Assembly (NCBI GenBank): GCA_964535125.1
Contig: CAZHSN010000002.1
Coordinates: forward strand, 1 to 59,444
DNA from: an uncultured bacterium
GTDB lineage: Bacteria; Armatimonadota; HRBIN16
Reading direction: 5' to 3'
Length of the DNA stretch: 59,444 bases
Part shown: one piece after another, positions 12,301-21,200 of the stretch
Position numbering within the stretch: position 1 is the first letter of the stretch
Layout: each line of letters opens with the position of its first letter
Notes under the pieces: generated by a model
Seen by the model: the letters and a program-made list of their open reading frames with translations, nothing else
Databases searched by the model: none
What the model was told of the DNA's origin: nothing
Made by a program: the position numbers and the translations under genes

Positions 12301-12647
12301 GCCTCACCCGACGATGGCGCCGCCACCTGAAACTCCTGCCAGATGTATCCTCGGCCGCCTCGCCAGGGACAGTGCAGCAGGGTGGCTCTCCGGCCAGCGA
12401 TTCGCCCTTCCGATCGGATGCCGACACCCGACTGCGGGTGCGGCCAACCATGCCAGCCATCGGGAAGTGCATGCGTCTGTTCCGGCTCAGCGCCCGCGCT
12501 GTAATAGACGTATCCGCATCGGTACAGCCCGACATCGTCCAGGTCAATGTCGCCATGGCGGGGATCCAGCGCCTGATCTGCCGGCACTACGGCCGCGCAG
12601 AGACCCGCCCAGAGAACGCAGATCATCCAAACAACGCGCGCAACCAT
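9354..12647 (-). CDS. Large secreted hypothetical protein (1097 aa), possibly carbohydrate-active, family not recognised
   Basis: Signal-like N-terminus MVARVVWMICVLWAGLCAAVVPA. The N-terminal segment (DGVQYRVLIDGVDVWQ...RIDLAPWKGRTITVRFVTDPGPAGDASFDFSLWGD) resembles an NPCBM/CBM-type beta-sandwich. The central region (HAWQRDGYDNGLPAHYP...RIMLHENYVDYYP) looks like a TIM barrel. The function assignment is inference only. Confidence 0.6.
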   Translation of the reverse strand: MVARVVWMICVLWAGLCAAVVPADQALDPRHGDIDLDDVGLYRCGYVYYSAGAEPEQTHALPDGWHGWPHPQSGVGIRSEGRIAGRRATLLHCPWRGGRGYIWQEFQVAAPSSGEAHLEGWVCIGPASNGKSDGVQYRVLIDGVDVWQTVTDSAEWLPFRIDLAPWKGRTITVRFVTDPGPAGDASFDFSLWGDRRIVYSGAAPSTPGRRFASPPLQSVSAPAPTVLPSVHTRGRARVTVSADSASFVCQAPEGAYRYTWQVADGEPTSPLGRVTLTGPAGGGPVPLSSAGRLSWSVPDVRMDTGQLTAVGDDGAVWERRVHWGARTAMLRTTARMRDKQMTFQVTCDQPWLERIEFGMPGPVLFRRHVTVPFLAIPVLYLRDQSLFISAYVDWTRSRCTGIDPQSASAIYQPLTDGTRRNADDTVCFAPSVYLAEALPGIPNPASPYIADVGGRMVLDVWGGHFDEIRTDLNRLLDAGMDRLAVIIHAWQRDGYDNGLPAHYPAMASLGGDEAMKRLVSSATRRGVRIMLHENYVDYYPNFEGFTEEHIALDSNGQRQLAWFNEGTQIQSFAVRPSAILPLAQTQSPEIKRRYNTNSCYLDVHSAVPPWFHVDQRAGEPDTGMHAAVFAAHRDLFVYERGIFNGPVFGEGANHWYWSGLLDGVEAQYIVGYPANEGMDAPLMVDFNLLRIHPLQANHGMGYYERWYQPGEPGISPSMPVLDRYRMQQMAHGHCAFLGAPTWNNLPLAWLEYHLARPVAERYAGVRVRDIQYRLNGAWVDSSQAARSQEWNTVRVRYSNGLTITATREEAGITEGRFRLRTDCWAAAAPGFTAVSGWLGPYRVDFVQSPDSLFVNARNPRHWSERLNDTAQVAVREFHSSAPRRAEITYQWTTGEPTAEPALVFVHFVHPDGAGAEGIAFQDDHALPEPTNAWRPGTVYTVKRLITLPDSLPDGRYQLALGLYSPRGRYGVSGHRDKTGRTLLGTVVVRDGGRQITFDPETRPVPVPRELPKALNTGGPLVDFGDIRTDGSVRVYREGARWTLQVMPGSHPAVWLSGKRWPAPAQVTLSTGRTEKPEIENDWWRIPMGDAPSAYWTR

Positions 12648-12739
12648 GCAACCACCCCCATTGCCGTGGTTAACCAGACAGTCGGGCCGTCAGGTCACCG
12701 GTTTCGTTCATGCCGTATGCGGCCGGCGTGTGTGCCGGC

Positions 12740-13081
12740 TCACCCCGGAGGCCAACCCATCTTGCGCCCTCCCAGCAGATGGATGTGAAGGTGCATGACG
12801 GTCTGTCCGGCGTCGGCTCCCACATTGGTCACCAGCCGGTATCCGCCATCCAGTTCCAACTGCTTGGCCACCCGCGCACTGGCCTGCAGAAGCCGCCCGA
12901 CGGCCGCCGTCTGGCAGTCTTCCACTGTCGTCGCATCGGTGATATGTTCCTTGGGAATGATCAACAGATGCACCGGCGCTTGTGGGTTGAGATCGTGAAA
13001 CGCCATCAGGTGATCGTCCTCGTATACCACGTTCGCGGGGATCTCACCGTTCACAATGCGGCAAAAGACGCAGTCTGACAT
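12740..13081 (-). CDS. HIT-family (histidine triad) nucleotide hydrolase/transferase
   Basis: MSDCVFCRIVNGEIPANVVYEDD...HLHIHLLGG (HxHxHxx histidine triad). ATG 13081 is preceded by an AAGGAGAAGG RBS. The track ORF's 11 extra N-terminal codons are unsupported. Confidence 0.9.
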   Translation of the reverse strand: MSDCVFCRIVNGEIPANVVYEDDHLMAFHDLNPQAPVHLLIIPKEHITDATTVEDCQTAAVGRLLQASARVAKQLELDGGYRLVTNVGADAGQTVMHLHIHLLGGRKMGWPPG

Positions 13082-13116
13082 ATCGCCTTCTCCTTTCCCG
13101 TTGCGGGTAATCATCG

Positions 13117-14001
13117 TTACTCTGCTCCGGTCTCCAAATCCTGCCGGGAAGGGTGCAATAACGCCAATCTCAATGCGGTTGGCGTGACACCCATCCAGCG
13201 CCGGACAAACCGGGAGACATAAAACGCGTCACAGAACCCCATCTCTTCCGCGATCTGTTTCAGTGATTGCCCCTGCAGCAGGCGTTGACGCACCCGGTCG
13301 GCGCGCAGACGTGCATGCCGACTGATCACACTGTCGCCGGTCTCCCGGGCGTAGCGGTGCGCCAGACCGGACGGACTCATGCCGACCCGATGGGCGATCT
13401 CCGCCAGACTGACGGGTTGTTCTGCGGTTTCATCGAGTATGGCATCGATGCGCTGGCTCCAGGCATCCAAACGCTGATGAGCTGGGATCAATACATAGTC
13501 ATGCATGCCTGACCGCTGTACAGATCGCAGCATATCGAAGAGCCGCCACAGCAGGGCTTGCACCGCACAGAAGCCCGCGTGGCCCTGTTGGTGGCCGATG
13601 TCGGCCATCTCCTCCAGCACTTGACCCAACCCGCCGTCGGAGTCACGGATGACCGCGTGGCTGCCTGCCTCTGGAAGCGGATGGTAGGCGCTGCTGTGGA
13701 ACACCACAAAGGCAGAACGCGTGTGCGTACAGCCGCGCAGGTCTTCGGTGTAGTCAATACCCGGCGCATACAGATGCGCCTGATGCGGAGCGCGGTCGCG
13801 CCAGCGGCTCTCGATACATGCCCGGCCGGAAGCCGTGAAGGTATAGTCCAATACCCAGTGTTCCGCGCGATACGTGCTGACCGCTCCCTTCAACGCACGT
13901 TGCACTGCAGCAACCGTTATCACCGCAGGGTCGGAGGCCGCGGCGCCCCAGGTGAACCCACGGTGTTGGAACGGCGCTGGCGGATGATGTGTGGCGCTCA
14001 C
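13117..14001 (-). CDS. AraC-family transcriptional regulator, divergent from the dehydrogenase/GRE operon
   Basis: C-terminal double HTH: SLAEIAHRVGMSPSGLAHRYARETGDSVISRHARLRADRVRQRLLQGQSLKQIAEEMGFCDAFYVSRFVRRWMGVTP. Confidence 0.85.
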   Translation of the reverse strand: MSATHHPPAPFQHRGFTWGAAASDPAVITVAAVQRALKGAVSTYRAEHWVLDYTFTASGRACIESRWRDRAPHQAHLYAPGIDYTEDLRGCTHTRSAFVVFHSSAYHPLPEAGSHAVIRDSDGGLGQVLEEMADIGHQQGHAGFCAVQALLWRLFDMLRSVQRSGMHDYVLIPAHQRLDAWSQRIDAILDETAEQPVSLAEIAHRVGMSPSGLAHRYARETGDSVISRHARLRADRVRQRLLQGQSLKQIAEEMGFCDAFYVSRFVRRWMGVTPTALRLALLHPSRQDLETGAE

Positions 14002-14024
14002 AGACAGGCCTCTTCCACTGCAGA

Positions 14025-14056
14025 CTTGCAGGAATCAGGAATCCGTGCAAGATAAT
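14025..14056 (+). promoter_or_regulatory. Candidate promoter and operator in the AraC / dehydrogenase-GRE divergent region
   Basis: TTGCAG (14026-14031), a 19-nt spacer, then GATAAT (14051-14056). The spacer holds a tandem direct repeat AGGAATC AGGAATC (14030-14043), flanked by the inverted hexamers CTTGCA and TGCAAG. Confidence 0.35.
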
Positions 14057-14174
14057 ACCAAGCGCCAGCAGGCAATACCATGGCATGCGCCAGCCAATCG
14101 CGATACGCTACCAGCAAGGATGCGGGATCATGAGGTGATGACCGGTATCTGAGACGGGCACAGGGAGGGGCAAC

Positions 14175-15287
14175 ATGCCGTTACAGTCGGCCATGGCCGC
14201 GGTGTTTACGGGGCCTCAACGACCTTTGGAGATCAAGACCTACCCGGTTGAGGCACCGGGTGAGGGTGACGCGCTGTTGTCACTGCGCAGCAGCGGCATA
14301 TGTGGCACGGATGTACATATTTGGGAAGGGCGGCTGCCGATTGGCTGCACCTGTATCCCAGGGCATGAGTTTATCGGGCGGGTCGAGGCGCTGGGTGCAG
14401 GCGTGACCCGGGACGGGTGCGGCGCGCCTCTGGCGGCAGGCGACGAAGCGGTGGCGTGTGTCGCCATCCCGTGCGGCCGGTGCGCTTCCTGCAGGCGGGG
14501 TGAGACCGCGAGCTGCCTGGCGTTCGGGGTGACCTACACCCGTAATCCGGAGACCGCGCCGCATCTGTTTGGCGGGTATGCGCAGGCGCTGTTCAGTCCG
14601 TCAGCCAATCTGGTGAAGTTGCCAAGCGGACTGCCGGCGCAGACAGCTGGCGCGTTCCCTTGCGCCGGCCCCACGGTGTTGCGTGCGCTGGCGTACGCAG
14701 GCGGTTTGCATCCGGGCGCGTTGGTGGTGGTGTTCGGCTCGGGCTCCATGGGCCTGTTTGCGGCAGCCCTCGCCGCCGGTCACGGTTGCCAGGTGATCTT
14801 GGTCGCGTCCCGCAGTCAGCCGGAGCGATGGGAACTGTGTCACCGTACCGGTGCGATTGATGTCCTGGATTACCGCCAGGGGGATCTGGAGACCCGCAAG
14901 GCGGCTGTTATGGAGTACGCCCGTCAGATCAACCATGCGGATGGGGCGGATCTGGTGATGGAGTGCAGCGGTAATCCGGCGGCCTTCCTTGAAGGGTTGG
15001 CGGTGACGCGTACGCGCGGCCGGTTTGTCGTCCCAGGGCAGTACTCCATCGGCGCTCCGGTTTCGGTTTCACCGGAGCAGATTACGTTTCGGGCGCTGCA
15101 GATCACCGGCAGCGGCCAGTATACGCTGGAAGACCTGCGCGCCTATCTGCTGCTGATGCGGGCATCAACACCGCTGCAAGAGCTGGCTGACGCGTGTGTC
15201 ACGCATACATACGCCGTGCAGGACGCCAATCAGGCGATGCGCGACGCCTGCGCCGGCGTCTGCGTGAAAGGAGTGTTCACCCGATGA
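14175..15287 (+). CDS. Zn-dependent medium-chain (MDR) alcohol/polyol dehydrogenase
   Basis: 370 aa. Catalytic Zn motifs GICGTDVHIWEG and GHEFIGRV. Structural Zn site CGRCASCRRGETASC. Rossmann motif VVFGSGSMG. GGGAGGGG RBS before the ATG. The stop overlaps the GRE start (ATGA). Confidence 0.85.
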   Translation: MPLQSAMAAVFTGPQRPLEIKTYPVEAPGEGDALLSLRSSGICGTDVHIWEGRLPIGCTCIPGHEFIGRVEALGAGVTRDGCGAPLAAGDEAVACVAIPCGRCASCRRGETASCLAFGVTYTRNPETAPHLFGGYAQALFSPSANLVKLPSGLPAQTAGAFPCAGPTVLRALAYAGGLHPGALVVVFGSGSMGLFAAALAAGHGCQVILVASRSQPERWELCHRTGAIDVLDYRQGDLETRKAAVMEYARQINHADGADLVMECSGNPAAFLEGLAVTRTRGRFVVPGQYSIGAPVSVSPEQITFRALQITGSGQYTLEDLRAYLLLMRASTPLQELADACVTHTYAVQDANQAMRDACAGVCVKGVFTR

Positions 15288-17377
15288 TCACGGCGCCCGC
15301 GCCAACAACACACAGTTGGGCCCCGCTGCTGACAGGGACACGCACATGGAACCGCACCCGGCCGGGCCGGTATGACTGGCGGGGGTATTATCGGGGACGC
15401 GCGTATCTGGAGCATGACGGGGAAGAAGAGCCGGTGGTGCGCGCCCACGGTTTTGCCTCGGTATTGCGGCATGTCCCGCTGCATGTATACCCCGATGAGA
15501 TGATCGGCGGCAGCCGCGCCGGGTTCGCACAAGACACTTTTCCCGACGGCGTGGATGACACGAACTGGCAGCGGTGCGTACAGGCCTGTCAGGAGCGCGG
15601 TCAGCGGCATTTTCAAGCCAATTGGGATCACTCTGTGGCCGACTTCCGGACGCTTGTGCCCGAAGGCGTGCCGGCCAGGCTGGCGCGCGTCAGGGAGAGA
15701 CTGCATGCTGCCGAAGATGATGACCAACGGAGTGCGCTGGAGGCGATGGCGATCTGCCTGGAGGGGCTGATCGCATATGCTGTCCGACTATCAGCCGTCG
15801 AACGGCAGGCAGGGAACAACGCCTGTGCGGATGCACTCGACGCGTTGACGCATCGTGCACCGGAGTCGTTCCATGAAGGGCTGCAGTTAGTCTGGCTGGT
15901 CCATATGGCGTTCGTGTCCGAAGATCGGTACCACATGGCCGTCGGCCGTATGGACCAGTACCTGTGGCCGCTTTATCGGCGCGACCGGGAGCACGGAATG
16001 TCCCGTGAACGGGCGCTGGAATTGGTCTGTCATCTGTGGGCGCATATCGAAGAGTTGGGTGAGGTCACCAATATCTGCGTGGGCGGGCTGACGCCTGAGG
16101 GAGATGACGGGTCTAACGAACTGTCCGGTGTGATGATCGAAGCCACCCGACTGGTGCAGTCGCCGCATACCAATCTGTCCGCGCGGTTTCACGACGGCAC
16201 GCCGGAGTGGTTCCATCGGGCCTGCTTCGAGTGCATTCGTACCGGGGTGGGGTTTCCGGCGATCTTTAACGACCATGTGTTGATCCCGGGGCTGATTCGG
16301 ATTGGTATTCCGGCCGAGGCGGCGCGCGATACCTGCATGGTGGGCTGCATTGAGACGATGATTTCCGGTCGGCAACGCGCTTGGTCCGACTGCTTCTTCA
16401 ACGCGCCCGCGGTGTTGGAAGAGACCTTCCACCGTCTCCGGGGGTGTGCTCCCGACTGGCCGCGGATCCAGAATACCTTCGTGGAACTGCTGCAGGAACG
16501 GCTGAACACCTTTTTGGACAGCATGGATGAGATCGCCACGTCGCGTCCCAGCGAGCGGTATCCGGATCCGTTCCTCTCTGCGTTAACGCGCGACTGCATC
16601 GGGCGCGGGCGTGACATCAACGCGGGAGGGGCCGAGTTCGAGCGGTTTTTCGGCGTGGCCATGCTGGGCATCGGCACCATGAGTGACTCGCTGGCGGCCG
16701 TGAAGAAGCTGGTGATTGAGGAACAGCGGCTGGAGTATGACACGCTGCTGGACGCGTTGGCTGCCGACTTCAAGGGGTACGAGAGCCTTCGGCAGATGCT
16801 CATCCACCACGCACCGAAGTACGGCAACGGTGACGCTTTCGTGGACAGTATCGCGGTTTGGCTGGTGGATGTGATGGGTGAGGCGGTGCTGCAACGGCCG
16901 GTGAAGGGCGGCGGCCGTTATGTAGGCGCCATTGCCTCCAACGTGACCAATATCCCGGCAGGTCGCGGAGTCGGGGCGTTACCGGATGGCCGGCATGCCG
17001 GTGAACCGCTGTCGGATGCGGGCAGCCCGGCACATGGACGGGACATCAACGGGCCAACCGCCGTGATCGAATCCGTCTCAAAGCCCGACTACAGTCAGAT
17101 GCTGACCGGCAGCGTGATCAACATGCGATTTGACCCGGCTTTGTTTGCGGAGGAAGAGGGTGCGCGCCGGTTTAGCGCGCTCACGCACGCGTTTGTACGC
17201 GGCCGCGTGCCGGAACTTCAATTCAACGTGACGTCCACGGCTACGCTGGAAGAGGCGCGGCGCGATCCGGATCGGTTCCAAGACCTGGTGGTGCGTGTCA
17301 GCGGCTTCTCGGCGTATTACACCCGGCTGACGCCGGAGATACAGCAAGACATCATCAACCGGAGGGCGCACGCTTGA
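15284..17377 (+). CDS. Glycyl radical enzyme (PFL2/1,2-eliminase-like), unusually compact at 697 aa
   Basis: C-terminal glycyl radical motif VVRVSGFSAYYTRL (Gly674, nt 17303-17305). Cys loop MVGCIETMISG (Cys355 at nt 16346-16348, Glu357). The Cys-to-Gly spacing of 319 aa resembles PFL. The in-frame upstream extension is at most 30 codons and lies inside the dehydrogenase gene. Confidence 0.85.
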   Translation: MITAPAPTTHSWAPLLTGTRTWNRTRPGRYDWRGYYRGRAYLEHDGEEEPVVRAHGFASVLRHVPLHVYPDEMIGGSRAGFAQDTFPDGVDDTNWQRCVQACQERGQRHFQANWDHSVADFRTLVPEGVPARLARVRERLHAAEDDDQRSALEAMAICLEGLIAYAVRLSAVERQAGNNACADALDALTHRAPESFHEGLQLVWLVHMAFVSEDRYHMAVGRMDQYLWPLYRRDREHGMSRERALELVCHLWAHIEELGEVTNICVGGLTPEGDDGSNELSGVMIEATRLVQSPHTNLSARFHDGTPEWFHRACFECIRTGVGFPAIFNDHVLIPGLIRIGIPAEAARDTCMVGCIETMISGRQRAWSDCFFNAPAVLEETFHRLRGCAPDWPRIQNTFVELLQERLNTFLDSMDEIATSRPSERYPDPFLSALTRDCIGRGRDINAGGAEFERFFGVAMLGIGTMSDSLAAVKKLVIEEQRLEYDTLLDALAADFKGYESLRQMLIHHAPKYGNGDAFVDSIAVWLVDVMGEAVLQRPVKGGGRYVGAIASNVTNIPAGRGVGALPDGRHAGEPLSDAGSPAHGRDINGPTAVIESVSKPDYSQMLTGSVINMRFDPALFAEEEGARRFSALTHAFVRGRVPELQFNVTSTATLEEARRDPDRFQDLVVRVSGFSAYYTRLTPEIQQDIINRRAHA

Positions 17378-18264
17378 CCGACTCGCCCGAGCTGCTGGTG
17401 ACTCATCTGCAGCGGTTCAGCATCCATGATGGTCCCGGGGTGCGCACCACGGTGTTTTGCAAGGGGTGTCCGTTTCGGTGCCCGTGGTGCCATAATCCCG
17501 AGACGCATCGCCCGGAGCCGGAACTGCAGGGAGATCAATCGCTGTGCGTGCAGTGCGGAGCGTGCGTGGACGCGTGTCCATCGCGGGCGATGAGCGCTCC
17601 CTGCGCGGTCGATCGGGCTGCCTGTCAACGGTGTTTCGCCTGTGTGGGTGTCTGTCCATCGACGGCATTGACCCGCGTGGGTACCTGGATGCGGCCTGAT
17701 GCGGTCGTGTACGAATGCCTGCGTGACATCGACTGGTACCGCGACTCGCAGGGCGGGGTGACTCTCTCCGGAGGCGAGCCGGCCGTGCAGCCAGCCGCCG
17801 TACAGGCGGTACTGGAGGGGCTGAACGCCGCGGGAGTGCACTGCGCAGTGGAGACCGCCGGAGTACACACAGCGGTCATCGAAAACTGGTGCGCGCTGGT
17901 GCAGCTATGGCTGGTGGATCTGAAAGCGCCGCTGGAACGGTATCCGGAACTGATAGGCGCGGATGGAGACGCCCTGCTGCGGACGCTGGACGTGCTGACG
18001 TTGCATCACGGTACCGTGCGGCTGCGCGTCCCGTTGACGCCAGGTGTCAACACGGAGAGACTGGCCGATACAGTGCGGTTCCTGATGGGCAGGTACCCGG
18101 ATATCGAGGGCATTGATCTGTTGCCATATCACCGAGCCGGAAACGTCAAGTGGGTTCTGCTGGGACGCACACCGCCGTTAAGCGATACAGAGCCGCCTTC
18201 CCGCGAGTGGGTGACTGAATGGATGCGGCCGCTTGACGGACTGCCGGTTAATCTGGAATGGTGA
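17374..18264 (+). CDS. Glycyl-radical enzyme activating protein (radical SAM, with two auxiliary ferredoxin-type cluster motifs)
   Basis: FSIHDGPGVRTTVFCKGCPFRCPWCHNPE (CX3CX2C), then CVQCGACVDACP and CQRCFACVGVCP, and SGGEP. The TTG start at 17374 overlaps the GRE stop and has a GGAGGG RBS 7 nt upstream. Confidence 0.85.
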   Translation: MTDSPELLVTHLQRFSIHDGPGVRTTVFCKGCPFRCPWCHNPETHRPEPELQGDQSLCVQCGACVDACPSRAMSAPCAVDRAACQRCFACVGVCPSTALTRVGTWMRPDAVVYECLRDIDWYRDSQGGVTLSGGEPAVQPAAVQAVLEGLNAAGVHCAVETAGVHTAVIENWCALVQLWLVDLKAPLERYPELIGADGDALLRTLDVLTLHHGTVRLRVPLTPGVNTERLADTVRFLMGRYPDIEGIDLLPYHRAGNVKWVLLGRTPPLSDTEPPSREWVTEWMRPLDGLPVNLEW

Positions 18265-18297
18265 TCAATCACATGGCCCGCAACAGGAGGCATATAC

Positions 18298-21200
18298 ATG
18301 GATTTCTGTGATTTTCGCGTCTGGGTCTTGGCAGGCCTCGTGCTGCTGACCGCGGCATGCCGGGCCGCCGATGTACGGCTGGATGACCGGCCGGACTTGG
18401 TGGTGCATCACACGCAGGCCTGGGGTGTGCTGGGACTGGGTACGGCTGCGCACATGGCCGGTGTGGAGCCGATGAAGCTTCATATCGGTGAGCGGAGGTT
18501 CACCCGGGGGTTCGGTTCGCATGCCCCCGGAGTGATCGTCGTGGACCTTGGCGGCGACTATGATCGGTTTTCCGCGCTCGTGGGCGTACAGAAGCAGAAC
18601 GGTCCCGCCGGGTCGGTGGTCTTCCGTGTCGTCGGTGACGGCAAGGTGCTGTTTGACAGCGGTGTGGTCTACCAGCATACGCCACCCAAACAGGTCTCTG
18701 TATCCGTGCGCGGCGTCCAGTCGTTGGAACTGCGCGCCGATGACGCAGGCGACGGCATTACATGCGACGTGGCGAACTGGTGTGATCCCGTATTAACGCC
18801 GTTACCCGAGGCGATCCGCAAGCGCGATCTGGTCTATCTGGATCTCGCGCCGTTCGCCCGCGTGATGCACTGGGACTGGCGGAAGACAGCAGGAGCACCG
18901 AATCACCGGCTTCAGGAGTTCGACGCAGACGAGTTATTTCCGGGGACGCAGTTGGCGCGGAATGCGAGTGGCGGCTACACCGTTCCGACGGTGGACGGTA
19001 AGGCCTGCGTGGGATTGGAGTGGCTGGAGCGGCGCCAGGTCCGCACGCTGTCACTCACGTTGCCGGCAGGCCAGCCGCTGCCTCCGGTTGACGGGATGCG
19101 CGTGGAGGCGTGGATTAAACCAACGCCTCAGTCGGGAATTGAAGGCACCCGGTGGCAGGGCCGGTGGGCGCCATTCGAAGGGGATATCCGGTTGTCCGGG
19201 CGCACCTACGTGTTCACTCCGTTTCCCGCTCGCGCGTTCGGGTCACAGATGGCCCGGTTAAAGGTCCGCTGGATCTGGCCACACGACGCCGCGGTCGCCC
19301 ATATACGCGCCCTGAGCGCTGAGGCGAGGCGCCCGGCGGCGGATGTGACGCTGCACGTGTTCCGAACAGGGAAGTCATTGAACACACCCATTCAGATGAC
19401 GGGCTATAACCTGGCGTTCCATCAGGGCGGCGGGCTGATACACGGCAGGTCCCTTGATGTGCAGCGCGAGACGACGTGCCGTGTCCGGTATACGCAGCCA
19501 ACCCAGTGGCGCCAAGACCGGTCGGTGCTGCGGTTCTCAGGGCCGAATGGCGGATTTGGTGTGGCGATTGATGACCTGCTGGAGCATGGCGCCATCGAGT
19601 CGGACACGTATGGGATTGCCGTCGCGCTCAGTCCGGGGTGGCCGCGCGTACAACAGGCGCGCGCCAATCGGGGACAACGTCAGACGGTGCTGGACCGTGT
19701 GCGTCAGATGCCTGAACAGACGCTGGCCCGTGCATTGAACCGCGTACATTGGCAGGGAATGAACACCGGTCCTACGTTACTGTCGCTGGCAGCCAACCAG
19801 CACAAAGTGGAGTTGGAGCGCGAAGGAGCGGTGCTGTTCGAGTGGACGCCGGACATCCTGCGTCTCACGGAATCTGGCCTGAACCGCCACTTCTCCTGGC
19901 GATTCCAGCCCGCGGTGGGTACAGGGTCGGCCCGGTTCGGCTCCCGGTCGCTGCATCGGGGCTGGTACCCGATTGTGGTGACACGCTGGCGCGAAGGCCA
20001 GGTGGTCTACACCCAGGCCAGCATGATGGCGCCTGCCTCTCCGGCCATTCCGGGGCGGCCCGCCTGGTACCGGCCGGACGCAGCGTGTGTCGTCCGTACG
20101 TCCATGGAAAACGAAGGAACCACGCCGGCACAGGCGCGTGTTGCCTGGCAGCTTCAACTTCCGGAAGGCGCTGTGCAGCCCCGCTTGGAGGGGGACACAG
20201 GCCTGTTCGATGCACCTCACGGTGTGCAGATACATCTGCGTTCGTACGCGGAGTCGATGGCTGGTCGCGTGGAGTCAAACCGCTGGGTGGCCGAAGGGAC
20301 ACTGGCCCCCGGCGAGCGTGCCGTGGTGTCTGCGATGATCAGCTCGCGTCCCGGTGTGGACAGCGGTCTGATGTCCGGCGAAACCGCGCTGGAGGGAACT
20401 CGCCAGTACTGGGACGATCTGATGCGGGAAAGCCTGCAAATCGATCTGCCCGACAAGCGTCTGGAGCGTATCATTTTAGCCAACCGGGTGCACTGCTGGA
20501 TGGCGGCGCGCAGCGAGGCCGAAGGTGAGCGTGTGGCGCCGTGGATCGGCTCCATCCACTACGGCCCATTGGAGAGTGAGAGCCACGCGGTGATCCGCGG
20601 CATGGCCGCTCAGGGACATGACGAGTTCGCGCGGCGCGGTCTGGACTATTTCATCCATCGGTATAATCCGCAGGGTTTCCTGACAACGGGATATACCTGG
20701 ATGGGTACGGGCTGGCACCTGTGGACACTGGGGGAAGCGATGCGCTGGCAGCAGCAGGAAGACTGGTTGCGCGCCCGCGCTGATGAGATGGCGCGTGTGT
20801 GCCGATGGACGCTGGCGCAGATGGAGAAGACGCGGCGAGAGGGCCCGGACGGCCGTCCGCTGCGGGAAAGCGGGTTAATGCCTCCGGGTGTGATGGCCGA
20901 TTGGGATGTATACGCGTATTACTTCTACCTGAACGGCTATTTTGCGGCCGGTCTGCGCGAGGCCGGACTCAGCCTGCAGCGGATCGGACATCCGGATGCT
21001 GAACGGGTCTTGGACGGGTATGCGCGTCTGCGTGAGGCGACACGGCAGGCCTACCTCAGCGTCCAATCCGAAGCGCCGCTGGTTCAGCTTGGTAACGGCA
21101 AGTGGATACCCTATTACCCTACCCAGGCATACGCGCCGGGGCCGGTGGGCGACATGTACCCCGGAGAGGACGCGGGGCGCAGTTGGTGCTATGACGTGGA

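Noticed and set aside
15194-15283. 30-codon upstream extension of the GRE ORF (727-aa version)
   Set aside because: The extension lies inside the dehydrogenase gene in another frame and is Arg-rich. ATG 15284 forms an ATGA junction with the dehydrogenase stop.
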